Shown here one piece after another: positions 1 to 12,935 of a DNA stretch of 38,231 nt (the stretch's first letter is position 1; every line of letters begins with the position of its first letter). The stretch is from sequence record DRR723986_4209; one strand, 5' to 3'. The notes below the pieces were generated by a model. That model had not been told where the DNA came from. It saw only the letters and a list, made by a program, of their open reading frames with translations, and searched no databases. Made by a program: the position numbers and the translations under genes.

Positions 1-65
1 GGCGATCGAAACACCGCCGCCGATTGGGCAACACATAGCAGCGGTGCCCCTTCAGGTTCAGGACA

Positions 66-2297
66 TCAACCCCGCTCAAGCTTCGCCAAACTCAGCATCA
101 ACCACTTCATGCCTTGGCGGCCAAAGTTGATTTGAATTCTTTGGTCATCACCCTCGCCTTCATAAGCCACCACTACACCGCTACCAAACTTGGCATGATT
201 CACACCTGTGCCGATATCATAGGGCCGCTTGGCGGCTTTGTTGCTGTAACCCACGTTAAGCGTTTTATTCTGTCCCCACACTTTGGAATCGAGTGCATCC
301 CAACCTTGGCTGGCAATGTGCGCGCGTTTCGGCGTTAACCATTTCAACACCTCCTCTGGCAATTCGTCCAGAAAACGTGAGCGCAGGTGATATCGAATTT
401 GCCCGTGCAACATGCGCTGCTGCGCGTGGCTTAAAAACAGCTGTTCTCGTGCGCGGGTAATGGCCACATACATCAAGCGGCGCTCCTCTTCCACAGCCTC
501 TACGCTGGTGCCATCACCACCCTCCACTGAATTGCCAATGCTGTTTTCGTGCGGGAATAACCCTTCTTCAAGCCCGGTGACGAAGACACACTTGAATTCA
601 AGCCCTTTGGCCGAATGCGCTGTCATCAATTGAATGGCCTCTTGACCCGCTGCCGCGGCGTTGTCACCGGCCTCGAGCGAAGCATGGGAAAGAAAATCAG
701 CCAGCGGCGTGATCAACTTTTCTTCATCCACCATGGTGGCTGCAGCATCTTGGTAATACCCTTCAGCAATCGCAAACGAGGCAGCGGCATTCACCAATTC
801 TTTCAAGTTTTCTACGCGGTCTTCCCCATCTTTGTCCGCTTGAAAATGTGCCACCAAACCTGATTCATTGATCACCTTGTCGACCAAATCGGCAAGGCTC
901 AAACCTCGGGTCTCAAACCGCATGCGTTCGATCAAATCTGCAAATTTTTTCAAACCGGCTTGCGCCCTGCCTTCCATGCGATGAATGGCACGGTACAGCG
1001 AAGTACCCTGTGCTGTGGAAATATCCTGAAGTTGCTCGACGCTGCGCGCACCAATTCCACGGGCAGGAAAGTTCACCACACGTGAAAAAGAATTGTCATC
1101 GTCCGCATTGTCCATCAATCGCAGATAGGCAAGTGCATGCTTGATTTCTGCACGTTCAAAAAACCGCAAACCACCATACACACGGTAAGGCATGCCCGCA
1201 TTGAACAAGGCTTGTTCAACAACCCGGGATTGCGCATTGGAGCGGTACAGAATTGCAATGTCCGACCGACCGTAGCCTTCTTCAAGCACCAGCTTCTTAA
1301 TTCGGTCAATGATGAAAGCTGCCTCATCCTGGTCGCTGGTGGCCTCATACACCCGAATCGCCTCACCTTCACCAGCTTCGGTCCACAACTCTTTGCCCAG
1401 ACGAGCCTTGTTGTGTGCAATCAGCACGTTGGCTGCTTTGAGCACATTGCCCACCGAACGGTAGTTTTGCTCCAGTTTGATGCGATTTTGTACATTGAAA
1501 TCATTTTCAAACTGCACCATATTGGCCACGCGCGCACCGCGAAAAGCGTAAATGGACTGATCATCGTCGCCCACTGCAAAGATGCAGCCCTGGGGGCCGG
1601 CCAAGCGTTTCAACCAGTTATATTGCAAACTGTTGGTGTCTTGAAACTCATCCACCAAAATGTATTTAAAGCGAGCCTGGTAATGTTCCCGCAGCGCAGG
1701 GTTGGCACCCAACAATTCGAACGAACGCAGCAGCAGCTCAGCAAAATCAACTACACCCTCGCGCTGGCACTGGGCCTCATAGGCCTCATACAGCCGAACC
1801 ATCATGCGGTGGTATTCGTCGTGCGCTTCCACATCCTTGGGGCGCAGGCCTTGGTCTTTGGCTGAACCAATGAAATAGCTCAGTTGCTTGGGGGGAAATT
1901 TTTCAGCATCTATGCCCAGCACTTTGTACATGCGCTTGATTGCCGACAATTGGTCTTGCATGTCCAGAATTTGAAAAGCCTGGGGCAAACCAGCTTCCTT
2001 CCAGTGTGCTCGCAACATTCGGTTGCATAAGCCGTGAAAAGTACCCACCCACATGCTGCGGGTATTAATGGGCAGCATGCTTGAAATGCGGTGAAGCATT
2101 TCCTTGGCCGCCTTGTTGGTGAAGGTAACTGCCAACACACCGTTGGGGCCCACTTGCCCGGTTTGAATCAACCAGGCAATGCGCGCTGTCAGCACCTTGG
2201 TTTTGCCACTGCCTGCCCCCGCCAGAATCAATGCCGATTCACGGGGCAAGGTGACGGCGGCCAGTTGTTCAGGGTTCAGGCTATCAAGTAAAGACAC
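66..2297 (-). CDS. uvrD: DNA helicase II (UvrD/Rep family SF1 helicase)
   Basis: Walker A AGAGSGKT, VTFTNKAA, LVDEFQD, VGDDDQSIY, LEQNYRS, HSAKGLEF, EEERRLMYVAITRA, C-terminal Tudor-like HAKFGSG; GTG start. Confidence 0.95.
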   Translation of the reverse strand: MSLLDSLNPEQLAAVTLPRESALILAGAGSGKTKVLTARIAWLIQTGQVGPNGVLAVTFTNKAAKEMLHRISSMLPINTRSMWVGTFHGLCNRMLRAHWKEAGLPQAFQILDMQDQLSAIKRMYKVLGIDAEKFPPKQLSYFIGSAKDQGLRPKDVEAHDEYHRMMVRLYEAYEAQCQREGVVDFAELLLRSFELLGANPALREHYQARFKYILVDEFQDTNSLQYNWLKRLAGPQGCIFAVGDDDQSIYAFRGARVANMVQFENDFNVQNRIKLEQNYRSVGNVLKAANVLIAHNKARLGKELWTEAGEGEAIRVYEATSDQDEAAFIIDRIKKLVLEEGYGRSDIAILYRSNAQSRVVEQALFNAGMPYRVYGGLRFFERAEIKHALAYLRLMDNADDDNSFSRVVNFPARGIGARSVEQLQDISTAQGTSLYRAIHRMEGRAQAGLKKFADLIERMRFETRGLSLADLVDKVINESGLVAHFQADKDGEDRVENLKELVNAAASFAIAEGYYQDAAATMVDEEKLITPLADFLSHASLEAGDNAAAAGQEAIQLMTAHSAKGLEFKCVFVTGLEEGLFPHENSIGNSVEGGDGTSVEAVEEERRLMYVAITRAREQLFLSHAQQRMLHGQIRYHLRSRFLDELPEEVLKWLTPKRAHIASQGWDALDSKVWGQNKTLNVGYSNKAAKRPYDIGTGVNHAKFGSGVVVAYEGEGDDQRIQINFGRQGMKWLMLSLAKLERG

Positions 2298-2324
2298 GGC
2301 TTCTCACATCAAAAATGGGTTTTG

Positions 2325-2340
2325 CTGTTGATTTTAACAG
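2325..2340. promoter_or_regulatory. LexA (SOS) box upstream of uvrD
   Basis: CTGTTGATTTTAACAG matches CTGT-N8-ACAG exactly with an AT-rich spacer, 27 bp upstream of the uvrD start. Confidence 0.7.
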
Positions 2341-2384
2341 TGATTGCCCCACCCGCCCTGCCCGTAAAAAACGAAAAAGCCCGA

Positions 2385-2390
2385 TATAAT
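2385..2390 (+). promoter_or_regulatory. Putative sigma70 -10 element for the leuS operon
   Basis: Consensus TATAAT about 70 bp upstream of the leuS ATG; no good -35 at 17 bp spacing. Confidence 0.4.
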
Positions 2391-2392
2391 GA

Positions 2393-5107
<2,715 letters not shown>

Positions 5108-5135
5108 GATCGGACCCAACAACAAGCGAGTCTTT

Positions 5136-5654
5136 ATGAAACGATTCATTCAAACCATCGCCTTACTGGCAACAACACTGATATTGGCCGCTTGCGGCTT
5201 TCAGTTGCGTGGTCAGTACAACTTTGATTTCGACAAAATCGAATTGCGGGGCATGGAAAATTCCGAAATGAATCGCAACATGGACTTGCAGCTTCAAATT
5301 CTGAACCTGAAAGTGAATCCACCTGAAGGGGCACCGCTCAAACTGAATTTGATCAGTGAACTGCGAGATCGCAGCATTGTCACCTTCAGTGCCACAGGCC
5401 GTGCGCGCGAGGTTCGAATTACCTATGAACTGGTCTACAGCGTGGTCGATAAAAACGGGGATTTCCTCATTGCGACCAGCCAGCTCAGCCAGCGCCGGGA
5501 ACTGACCTACACCGACGATCAAATTCTGGGCAAGGAAGCTGAAGAAAACCAGCTCTACACTGAAATGCAGCGCGATATCGCACGCCAAATTACAGGGCGG
5601 CTAAGTGCACTGCAACTGGGTAATGCCAAAACGACTGGGCAAACCGCGAAGTGA
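5136..5654 (+). CDS. lptE: LPS assembly lipoprotein LptE
   Basis: Lipobox LAACGFQLRG; conserved leuS-lptE-holA order. Confidence 0.93.
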   Translation: MKRFIQTIALLATTLILAACGFQLRGQYNFDFDKIELRGMENSEMNRNMDLQLQILNLKVNPPEGAPLKLNLISELRDRSIVTFSATGRAREVRITYELVYSVVDKNGDFLIATSQLSQRRELTYTDDQILGKEAEENQLYTEMQRDIARQITGRLSALQLGNAKTTGQTAK

Positions 5655-6691
5655 AACAGATTGCGCTTGACACCTGGCTGAACGATGGCGCGAATACCGC
5701 GTTGCCACAACTGGTGTGCGTGTTCACCGATGAACCACTGTTTGCCACCCAGGCCGCCGACCTGTACCGCCAGCGACTGAAAAAACAAACCAATTACCAG
5801 CGTCAAATTGTCGAAGTAGACCGGCAATTTGACCCGCAAGAATTTTTGTCGCTGTTTGCTGAAGCATCATTGTTTGGTGACGTGTCACTGGTTGATTTGC
5901 GAATTAATCAACCCAAACTCAGCAAGGAAGCCGCGGAGGCCTTGGGCAAAGCCGCTCAGTGGATTGCTGCAGGTGATACCGGGCATTACCTGCTGGTCAA
6001 TGCCCCGAAGCTGAACAAAACCCAGGAAAAAAGTGCTGGTTTTACAGAATTGCTGGCCAATGGCACTGAGATTACTTGCCGTCCAGTGGGCGCCGACACC
6101 CTGCCCGGCTGGATTGCGCAAGCCGCCAAACGCAAAGGCGTACAATTAAGCCGCGAGACCTGCAGTTGGCTGGCCGAGAAAACCGAAGGCAATCTGTTGG
6201 TGGCGCATCAAACGATCGAAAAGCTGGCACTTGAACACCAAGGGGCCGTGGACATTGAGCAGGTTCAAGGCATGGTTGCCAATTCTGCACGTTTCAATGT
6301 CTTCGATTTGGGCGGCAGTCTGCTGGCCGGGGACGCCAAACGAATTACCCGAATGATGGAAGGCTTGGAAGCCGAAGGTGAGGCCCCTACCTTGGTACTT
6401 TGGGCCTTACAGGAAGAAATTCGTGCCATTCGCGACACACAGCAAGCCATGCGGCGCGGAATGTCTTTGTCGGATGCCTGCCGACAAAATAGAATCTGGG
6501 GACAAAGGCAAAACCACATTGCGGGGGCCCTGAAACGCCACACTCCGGGCAGCCTTCAAAAACTGACCGCTTGGTGTTATTCGGCTGAAAAAACCATCAA
6601 GGGAATGAGACAGGGCAACCCCTGGACCCTGTTCGAGATAATCGGCTTGGGCGTAGCAGGAATCGAGCCGCCCGAACTTTGGAACACCTGA
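5651..6691 (+). CDS. holA: DNA polymerase III delta subunit
   Basis: [43 protein letters not shown] overlap with lptE. Confidence 0.93.
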   Translation: MKQIALDTWLNDGANTALPQLVCVFTDEPLFATQAADLYRQRLKKQTNYQRQIVEVDRQFDPQEFLSLFAEASLFGDVSLVDLRINQPKLSKEAAEALGKAAQWIAAGDTGHYLLVNAPKLNKTQEKSAGFTELLANGTEITCRPVGADTLPGWIAQAAKRKGVQLSRETCSWLAEKTEGNLLVAHQTIEKLALEHQGAVDIEQVQGMVANSARFNVFDLGGSLLAGDAKRITRMMEGLEAEGEAPTLVLWALQEEIRAIRDTQQAMRRGMSLSDACRQNRIWGQRQNHIAGALKRHTPGSLQKLTAWCYSAEKTIKGMRQGNPWTLFEIIGLGVAGIEPPELWNT

Positions 6692-6704
6692 AAGAGCAAG
6701 TAAC

Positions 6705-7961
6705 ATGAGTATCGAACAACAAATTCTGGCCATTGGAAAAAAGGCCCGTGCCGCTGCCGTTTACATGGCCAAAGCCAACACGCATGCAAAAAACAAGGCT
6801 TTGCTCGAGACAGCCAGGTTGATTCGCGCCAACAAGGCTGCGCTAACCCAGGCCAATCAAGCCGACATGGCACAAGCCAAAGCAAATGGCTTGGATGCTG
6901 CATTGCTTGATCGCCTTGCATTAAACGACAAGGCCATTGAAACCATGGCTGAGGGCCTGGAGCAAATTGCCCAACTGCCCGACCCAATTGGCGAAATGAC
7001 CGATTTCAAAAACCGCCCGACTGGCATTCAAGTGGGCAAAATGCGTGTGCCCTTGGGCGTCATCGGCATTATTTATGAAAGTCGCCCGAATGTTACGGTA
7101 GACGCTGCTGGCCTTTGCATCAAATCTGGCAATGCCACCATTCTGCGCGGTGGCTCCGAAGCATTCCGGTGCAACCAGGCCTTGGCTGCCATCGTGGCAC
7201 AGGGTTTGGAAGCGGCAGGCTTACCTGCTGATGCCGTGCAGGTGATCGACACCACGGACCGCGCTGCCGTGGGTACATTGATCACCATGACCGAATTTGT
7301 GGATGTCATCGTTCCTCGTGGTGGCAAGGGCCTGATCGAACGAATTTCCCGCGATGCGAAGGTGCCAGTAATCAAGCACCTGGATGGCATTTGCCATGTT
7401 TTCATTGATGAGTCTGCAAACCTTACCCATGCAGCCAACATTGCAGAGAATGCGAAAACCCACCGGTATGGCACCTGCAACACCATGGAAACTTTGCTGG
7501 TTCATACCCATGTGGCCAAGCCCGCCCTGGCGGAACTTGCGCAGCGTTACGCAGCCAAAGGCGTGGAACTTCGAGGCTGCAAACGAACCATGGCGCTGTT
7601 ACCCAGTGTAAAAGCGGCCACCGAGGAAGACTGGAGCACTGAATACCTCGCACCCATTTTGTCAATCAAAGTGGTCGACAGTCTTGATGAGGCCATCGCC
7701 CACATCAACCAATACGGGTCACACCACACCGACTGCATCGTGACTGAAAATCACAGCAACGCCATGCGCTTTATCCGGGAAGTGGATTCTGCCTCCGTGA
7801 TGGTCAATGCATCAACCCGTTTTGCTGACGGATTCGAATATGGGCTGGGGGCTGAAATCGGCATTTCAACCGATAAAATTCATGCGCGTGGCCCGGTCGG
7901 CCTTGAGGGCCTGACCAGCCAAAAGTATGTGGTGTTTGGCCACGGCGAGACTAGAAACTGA
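6705..7961 (+). CDS. proA: Glutamate-5-semialdehyde dehydrogenase
   Basis: [54 protein letters not shown]. Confidence 0.97.
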   Translation: MSIEQQILAIGKKARAAAVYMAKANTHAKNKALLETARLIRANKAALTQANQADMAQAKANGLDAALLDRLALNDKAIETMAEGLEQIAQLPDPIGEMTDFKNRPTGIQVGKMRVPLGVIGIIYESRPNVTVDAAGLCIKSGNATILRGGSEAFRCNQALAAIVAQGLEAAGLPADAVQVIDTTDRAAVGTLITMTEFVDVIVPRGGKGLIERISRDAKVPVIKHLDGICHVFIDESANLTHAANIAENAKTHRYGTCNTMETLLVHTHVAKPALAELAQRYAAKGVELRGCKRTMALLPSVKAATEEDWSTEYLAPILSIKVVDSLDEAIAHINQYGSHHTDCIVTENHSNAMRFIREVDSASVMVNASTRFADGFEYGLGAEIGISTDKIHARGPVGLEGLTSQKYVVFGHGETRN

Positions 7962-7987
7962 TTGATGAAAACCAACTGGAGCAGCAC

Positions 7988-8419
7988 ATGGACGGTTATC
8001 TTTGGGTTAAAGCCTTTCACATTTTGTTCGTCGCATCGTGGTTTGCAGGCTTGTTTTACCTGCCCCGAATTTTCGTGAATTTGGCCATGGAAACCGAAGC
8101 CGCCGCCACGGCGCGTTTGCTGGAAATGGCAAAAAAGCTTTACAAGTTCATGACCCTTTTGGCCATTCCGGCCTTACTGCTGGGGTTTGCACTGGTGGGC
8201 GTTTATCAAATTGGGGTGGGCGGTCAGAGTGGCTGGCTGCACGCCAAGATTTTGATTGTGTTTGTGATTGCGGGTTACCACTACAGCTGTGGCCGCATTT
8301 TGCGCAAGTTTGAAGCGGGCCAAAACACACGCAGCCACAAATATTACCGTTGGTTCAATGAGGTGCCTGTGGTACTCATGACCATTGCCATCATTCTGGT
8401 GGTCGTTAAACCTTTCTAA
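7988..8419 (+). CDS. hemJ: CopD/HemJ-family membrane protein, probable protoporphyrinogen oxidase HemJ
   Basis: WVKAFHILFVASWFAGLFYLPR, WLHAK, RWFNEVP, VVKPF; four hydrophobic segments. Confidence 0.85.
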   Translation: MDGYLWVKAFHILFVASWFAGLFYLPRIFVNLAMETEAAATARLLEMAKKLYKFMTLLAIPALLLGFALVGVYQIGVGGQSGWLHAKILIVFVIAGYHYSCGRILRKFEAGQNTRSHKYYRWFNEVPVVLMTIAIILVVVKPF

Positions 8420-8435
8420 TTTCTAAAAGCGATTC

Positions 8436-9749
8436 ATGCCCAATTCAAGTCACCGCCCTTCCAAGCCTGGCAAAGCCGGTCAGGAGCACAACTCCACCAA
8501 GCAGAGTGTGTTCAAGTGCTTTGCCAGTTGCCCGCGTGGCCTGGAAGAGATTCTTGTGGCTGAACTCGAAACCATGGGCGCTCAAAAAACCCGTGCAGTA
8601 ACCGGCGGCTGTACATTCGAAGCCAGTTGGCGCCAGGCCACCCGCATGACCTATTGGACCCGGTTTGCGGGCCGCATTGGGCTTGAATTGGCGCGAGGCG
8701 AATGCAGCAATGAAGAGCAGTTCTACAATATTGCCAAGTCGGTTGACTGGTACAACTGGTTCAAGCTGTCCAACACTTTCCGTGTTGACCTGAATAATCT
8801 GGGAGCCGACATTCAAAGCGTTCGTTTCACACAGCTTCGTTTGAAAGACGCAGTGTGCGATGCGTTCCTTGAGCGTTTCGACGAGCGTCCGAATGTCAGC
8901 GTTGAAGCACCCGACGTGCGTATTTTTGCAGCCATCAATCCAACCGAGGCCATGGTGTACATCGACCTGGCTGGTGAAAACCTGTTCAAGCGGGGCTGGC
9001 GCGAAGAAGCAGGTGTGGCACCACTGAAAGAAAACCTGGCCGCTGGCCTGTGGCACATTACACGCCAAAGCGAAGCCGGTAAAAATGCCGATGTGTTTCT
9101 AGACCCGTTTTGCGGCAGTGGTACGCTGGTCATCGAATCACTTTCCCAGCTGTGCGATCGCGCACCAGGCCTGGAGCGCCCTTTTGCTTTTGAAAACCTG
9201 AAGCCCTTTACGCCAGAGTGGGGCAAAGAACTTCAAGAAGATGCCAACCGGCGCTTCAATGCAGGCCTGGACAAAGCGCTGACCACGCCCTACTTCCACT
9301 GGTATGCCAGCGACATCACTGAACTGCTGATCGACATTGCTCAAGAAAATTTGGTGCGTGCCGGTTTCGAAGAACTTCTTGATGCCGGTGTCGTGCAATT
9401 TGCACAGCGCGATGCGCTCACTGTTGAACCACCCTCACCCCATGGCATCGTGCTTAGTAACCCACCCTACGGCGAGCGTGTGCGGGCCAAAGGTGCCGAC
9501 GTGCCTGAGGATGAGGCGTATGAACGACTCTTCAAGGCATACGGCGATCATCTGAAAATGAATTTTTCCGGATGGACCGCATTTTTGTTTTCGGGCGATC
9601 TGGAAATCAAGAAAACCTTGGGATTAAGCCCAAAGCGCAAGCGCCCATTGTTCAACGGACCGATCGAATGCAGACTCTTTGAGATTCCGTTGACCCGTGG
9701 CGTATACCGACCACGGGCCAATTCTGAACAGACACCAGAGGAAGGCTGA
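8436..9749 (+). CDS. rlmL: THUMP-domain class I SAM-dependent rRNA methyltransferase (stand-alone RlmL-like)
   Basis: N-terminal CPRGLEEIL, LKDAVCD, APLKENLAA, DPFCGSGT, NPPYGER, LFNGPIECRL; no fused RlmK half. Confidence 0.8.
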   Translation: MPNSSHRPSKPGKAGQEHNSTKQSVFKCFASCPRGLEEILVAELETMGAQKTRAVTGGCTFEASWRQATRMTYWTRFAGRIGLELARGECSNEEQFYNIAKSVDWYNWFKLSNTFRVDLNNLGADIQSVRFTQLRLKDAVCDAFLERFDERPNVSVEAPDVRIFAAINPTEAMVYIDLAGENLFKRGWREEAGVAPLKENLAAGLWHITRQSEAGKNADVFLDPFCGSGTLVIESLSQLCDRAPGLERPFAFENLKPFTPEWGKELQEDANRRFNAGLDKALTTPYFHWYASDITELLIDIAQENLVRAGFEELLDAGVVQFAQRDALTVEPPSPHGIVLSNPPYGERVRAKGADVPEDEAYERLFKAYGDHLKMNFSGWTAFLFSGDLEIKKTLGLSPKRKRPLFNGPIECRLFEIPLTRGVYRPRANSEQTPEEG

Positions 9750-9750
9750 A

Positions 9751-10239
9751 TTACTCGGCCAACAACTTGGCAATGTCCGCTTTGAGATCTGCAGGCTTGG
9801 TAGTGGGGGCGTAACGGTCGTATACCTCACCATTTTTACGCACCAAAAACTTGGTGAAATTCCACTTGATAGCCTCGGTGCCCAAGATGCCCTTGGCTTG
9901 CGAAGTCAGGTATTTGAACAATGGATGGGCATCGCTGCCTTTTACATCCACCTTCTCTGCCATCAAAAAATCAACGCCGTAATTCTTCTGGCAAAAGCTG
10001 GCAATTACCTCTTCAGTACCCGGTTCCTGGCCTCCGAACTGATTGCAGGGAAAACCGATAATCACCAAGCCCTTCTGGCCCAATTCTTTGTGCAGTTCCT
10101 GCAAACCTTCGTACTGCGGCGTGAAACCACACTTGCTGGCCGTATTTACAATCAACAGAACCTTGCCTTGAAAATCCGCGAGGCTCAGCGGCTTACCGTC
10201 GAGGGTTTTGCTTGAAAACTCGTACACATTGCTTGCCAT
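9751..10239 (-). CDS. Cys-type glutathione peroxidase (BtuE/Gpx family)
   Basis: VNTASKCGFTPQY, GFPCNQFGGQEPG, IKWNFTKFLV; SD GAGAGG upstream. Confidence 0.95.
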   Translation of the reverse strand: MASNVYEFSSKTLDGKPLSLADFQGKVLLIVNTASKCGFTPQYEGLQELHKELGQKGLVIIGFPCNQFGGQEPGTEEVIASFCQKNYGVDFLMAEKVDVKGSDAHPLFKYLTSQAKGILGTEAIKWNFTKFLVRKNGEVYDRYAPTTKPADLKADIAKLLAE

Positions 10240-10296
10240 GGGAATTGCCTCTCAAGGGTTTGTTGAAAAGCAAGTTTACCTGCAAACCCAAATTGC

Positions 10297-11331
10297 TCAA
10301 GGCTGGTTCGAGCCCGAAATCACACTCATCGCCACTTCTCGAGTAATCCTTCCAGTCATCAAAAGCCGTTGCACCGCCTGCTCCATGGTCTGCATGCCAT
10401 GCTGCGAACCCGTTTGAATCGACGACAGCATTTGCGCAACCTTGCCTTCACGAATCAAATTTCGAATCGGCGGCGTGGCCATCATGATTTCATGCGCAGC
10501 AACACGCCCGCCCCCCTGCTTTTTTAGCAGGGTTTGACAAATTACGGCACGCAGAGATTCCGACAACATGGCGCGCACCATGCTTTTGTCAGCCGATGGG
10601 AATGCATCAATAATACGGTCGATGGTTTTGGGTGCAGAGGAAGTGTGCAAGGTGGCAAAAACCAGGTGCCCGGTTTCAGCTGCGGTCAAGGCCAGTTGAA
10701 TGGTTTCAAGATCACGCATTTCCCCCACCAAAATCACATCGGGATCCTCTCGCAAGGCAGAACGCAAAGCTGCACCAAATGAATGGGTATGCTCGCCCAA
10801 TTCGCGTTGGTTAATCACACAGTTCATCGGTGTGTGCGTAAATTCAATCGGGTCCTCAATGGTCAAAATATGCGCCTTCTGGTTGCGGTTCACATCATCC
10901 ACCATCGCGGCCAAGGTTGTGCTTTTGCCCGAGCCGGTGGGACCGGTAACCAACACCAGTCCATTGGGTTCACGCGCTATTTGACGAAACACGGCGGGTG
11001 CCTCCAGTTCCTCCAGTGTTTTTACTCGGCTGGGCACCACCCGAAATGCCGCCGATGCACCCCTGCTCTGCATGAATGCATTCACACGAAAACGCGACAA
11101 ACCATCCACTGAAAAACTGTAATCACATTCATGCGACTGTTCCCAGCCTTGCCATTGCGCTTCTGTCATCGACCCCTGAATCAGTCGATAAATCTCACGG
11201 TGTCCCAACACAGATTCACTCAGTTTGCGCATTTCACCGTTCACGCGGATCATCGGCGGCATGTCTGCCGACAAATGCAGGTCCGATGCATGCTCTTCAA
11301 CAGCCCAGGTTAACAATTCGGTCAGTGTCAT
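10297..11331 (-). CDS. pilT: Type IV pilus retraction ATPase PilT
   Basis: ASDLHLS, GPTGSGKSTT, TIEDPIE, LREDPDVILVGEMRD, TGHLVFATLHT, PIRNLIRE; start moved to the ATG at 11331 (SD AAGGGAG), which removes the overlap with yggS. Confidence 0.92.
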   Translation of the reverse strand: MTLTELLTWAVEEHASDLHLSADMPPMIRVNGEMRKLSESVLGHREIYRLIQGSMTEAQWQGWEQSHECDYSFSVDGLSRFRVNAFMQSRGASAAFRVVPSRVKTLEELEAPAVFRQIAREPNGLVLVTGPTGSGKSTTLAAMVDDVNRNQKAHILTIEDPIEFTHTPMNCVINQRELGEHTHSFGAALRSALREDPDVILVGEMRDLETIQLALTAAETGHLVFATLHTSSAPKTIDRIIDAFPSADKSMVRAMLSESLRAVICQTLLKKQGGGRVAAHEIMMATPPIRNLIREGKVAQMLSSIQTGSQHGMQTMEQAVQRLLMTGRITREVAMSVISGSNQP

Positions 11332-11370
11332 GTGGCTATAATCTCCCTTTAAGCATTGAATTGATGCCCC

Positions 11371-12084
11371 ATGAGCCGAGCCACACAATTGGCTGAAATT
11401 CAAAATCGAATCACAGCCGCATGCCACAAAGCGGGTCGACCGGGTTCCGCGGTCAAGCTGCTAGCGGTCAGTAAAACTTTTCCCTTGAGCGACATTCTTG
11501 AGTTTTACAGCTGCGGGCAAACAGCCTTTGGTGAAAATTACCTGCAGGAAGCGCTGGACAAAATCACCCAGCTGGCTGATCACCCCAATGCGCAAACAAT
11601 GAATGCCAATCTTGAATGGCATTTCATCGGGCCCATACAAAGCAATAAAACCAAACCAATTGCAGAAAACTTCTCTTGGGTGCACAGCGTTGACCGCTTG
11701 AAAATTGCGCAACGCTTGTCAGATCAACGCCCAGAAAACCTCCCACCCTTGAACGTGCTGGTACAAATCAACACCTCAGGTGAAGACAGCAAATCCGGCG
11801 TCAGTCCTGAGCAGGCCATTGACTTGTGCCATCAAATTCATGGCATGAAAAACATGGTGCTGCGTGGCCTCATGACCATTCCCAGCAACACCGACAATGC
11901 GGACCAATTGAAAGCTGAGTTTTTAAAATGCAAATCTGTCTTCGATTCACTGAATTCAAACGGCCTGAGTATGGACACACTTTCTATGGGCATGTCCGCA
12001 GACCTGGAGTTGGCGATTGAATGCGGCTCAAGCTGCGTGCGGGTGGGATCAGCCCTGTTTGGTGCACGCGACTATTCAAAATAA
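11371..12084 (+). CDS. yggS: Pyridoxal phosphate homeostasis protein (YggS/PLPBP)
   Basis: LLAVSKT, FGENYLQE, WHFIGPIQSNK, LRGLMTIP, LSMGMSADL. Confidence 0.96.
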   Translation: MSRATQLAEIQNRITAACHKAGRPGSAVKLLAVSKTFPLSDILEFYSCGQTAFGENYLQEALDKITQLADHPNAQTMNANLEWHFIGPIQSNKTKPIAENFSWVHSVDRLKIAQRLSDQRPENLPPLNVLVQINTSGEDSKSGVSPEQAIDLCHQIHGMKNMVLRGLMTIPSNTDNADQLKAEFLKCKSVFDSLNSNGLSMDTLSMGMSADLELAIECGSSCVRVGSALFGARDYSK

Positions 12085-12099
12085 ACACACGGAATCACT

Positions 12100-12906
12100 A
12101 TGCAGAACACTCTATTCATTGGCGGCGGCAACATGGCATTTGCCATTCTTGGCGGATTGATTGGCAGTGGCATACCTGCCAGCACATTTCATGTGATTGA
12201 TCCCAGCTCGGACGCAGCTGCAAAAATGTCCACTTTGAATATTCAGTGCACCACCGATTGGCCAAGCAACTTCACCCCGGAAATCGTGGTGCTCGCCGTA
12301 AAACCCCAACTGATGCAAACCGTGCTCAAAAGCCAAGCCTCACAGTTGAGCAACAAGCTGATTATCAGCATTGCCGCCGGGGTCAGCGTGGCTCAAATAC
12401 AGGACTGGAGCCAGCAGAACAATGCACGCGTGGTGCGCTGCATGCCCAACACCCCGGCCTTGGTCTCGCAGGGTATCTCAGGCCTGTTTTTCACCGCGAA
12501 TTGTTCTGCAGAAGATCGCAGTATTGCCCAGCAAATTTTCAGTAGTTGTGGCGAAGTGCTGGTGCTGAACCAAGAAGATGAAATCAATGCTGTAACCGCC
12601 ATTTCAGGCAGTGGTCCTGGCTATGTTTTTTTCATGATGGAGGCCTTGGCCATGGCCGCGAAAAACCTGGGATTCAATGAAACGCAGGCCAACTTGTTGG
12701 TGAGCCAAACTTTTTTAGGCGCCGCCACACTGGCCAGGCAGTCCGATGATTCTTTTGCCACCCTGCGGGAGAAAGTCACGAGCAAAGGAGGAACCACCTT
12801 TGCCGGTCTGGAGCAGTTGCGCGCGCGCGGCGTGCAGGAGGCCATAGTGGGCGCAGCCAAGGCCGCATGTGAACGCGCAGTTGAACTGCAAAAGGGTGTT
12901 AGCTAA
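12100..12906 (+). CDS. proC: Pyrroline-5-carboxylate reductase
   Basis: FIGGGNMA, LAVKPQ, RCMPNTPA, TAISGSGPGY, VTSKGGTT. Confidence 0.96.
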   Translation: MQNTLFIGGGNMAFAILGGLIGSGIPASTFHVIDPSSDAAAKMSTLNIQCTTDWPSNFTPEIVVLAVKPQLMQTVLKSQASQLSNKLIISIAAGVSVAQIQDWSQQNNARVVRCMPNTPALVSQGISGLFFTANCSAEDRSIAQQIFSSCGEVLVLNQEDEINAVTAISGSGPGYVFFMMEALAMAAKNLGFNETQANLLVSQTFLGAATLARQSDDSFATLREKVTSKGGTTFAGLEQLRARGVQEAIVGAAKAACERAVELQKGVS

Positions 12907-12935
12907 GACAACACCAAACCATGCGCCAGCCGCAC

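Noticed and set aside
1..80. Possible start of a minus-strand gene overlapping the uvrD stop (TTG...LSGVDVLNLKGHRCYVLP)
   Set aside because: Too little sequence before the window edge; the ATG overlapping the stop gives only Met-Ser-stop
9751..10239. Selenocysteine-type glutathione peroxidase
   Set aside because: The active-site residue is an ordinary Cys and there is no in-frame TGA
11332..11427. N-terminal extension of PilT, and likewise those listed for rplS, rimM, rpsP, rpsA and the APC permease
   Set aside because: Longest-ORF artefacts; downstream ATGs match family N-termini, several have SDs, and they avoid overlaps
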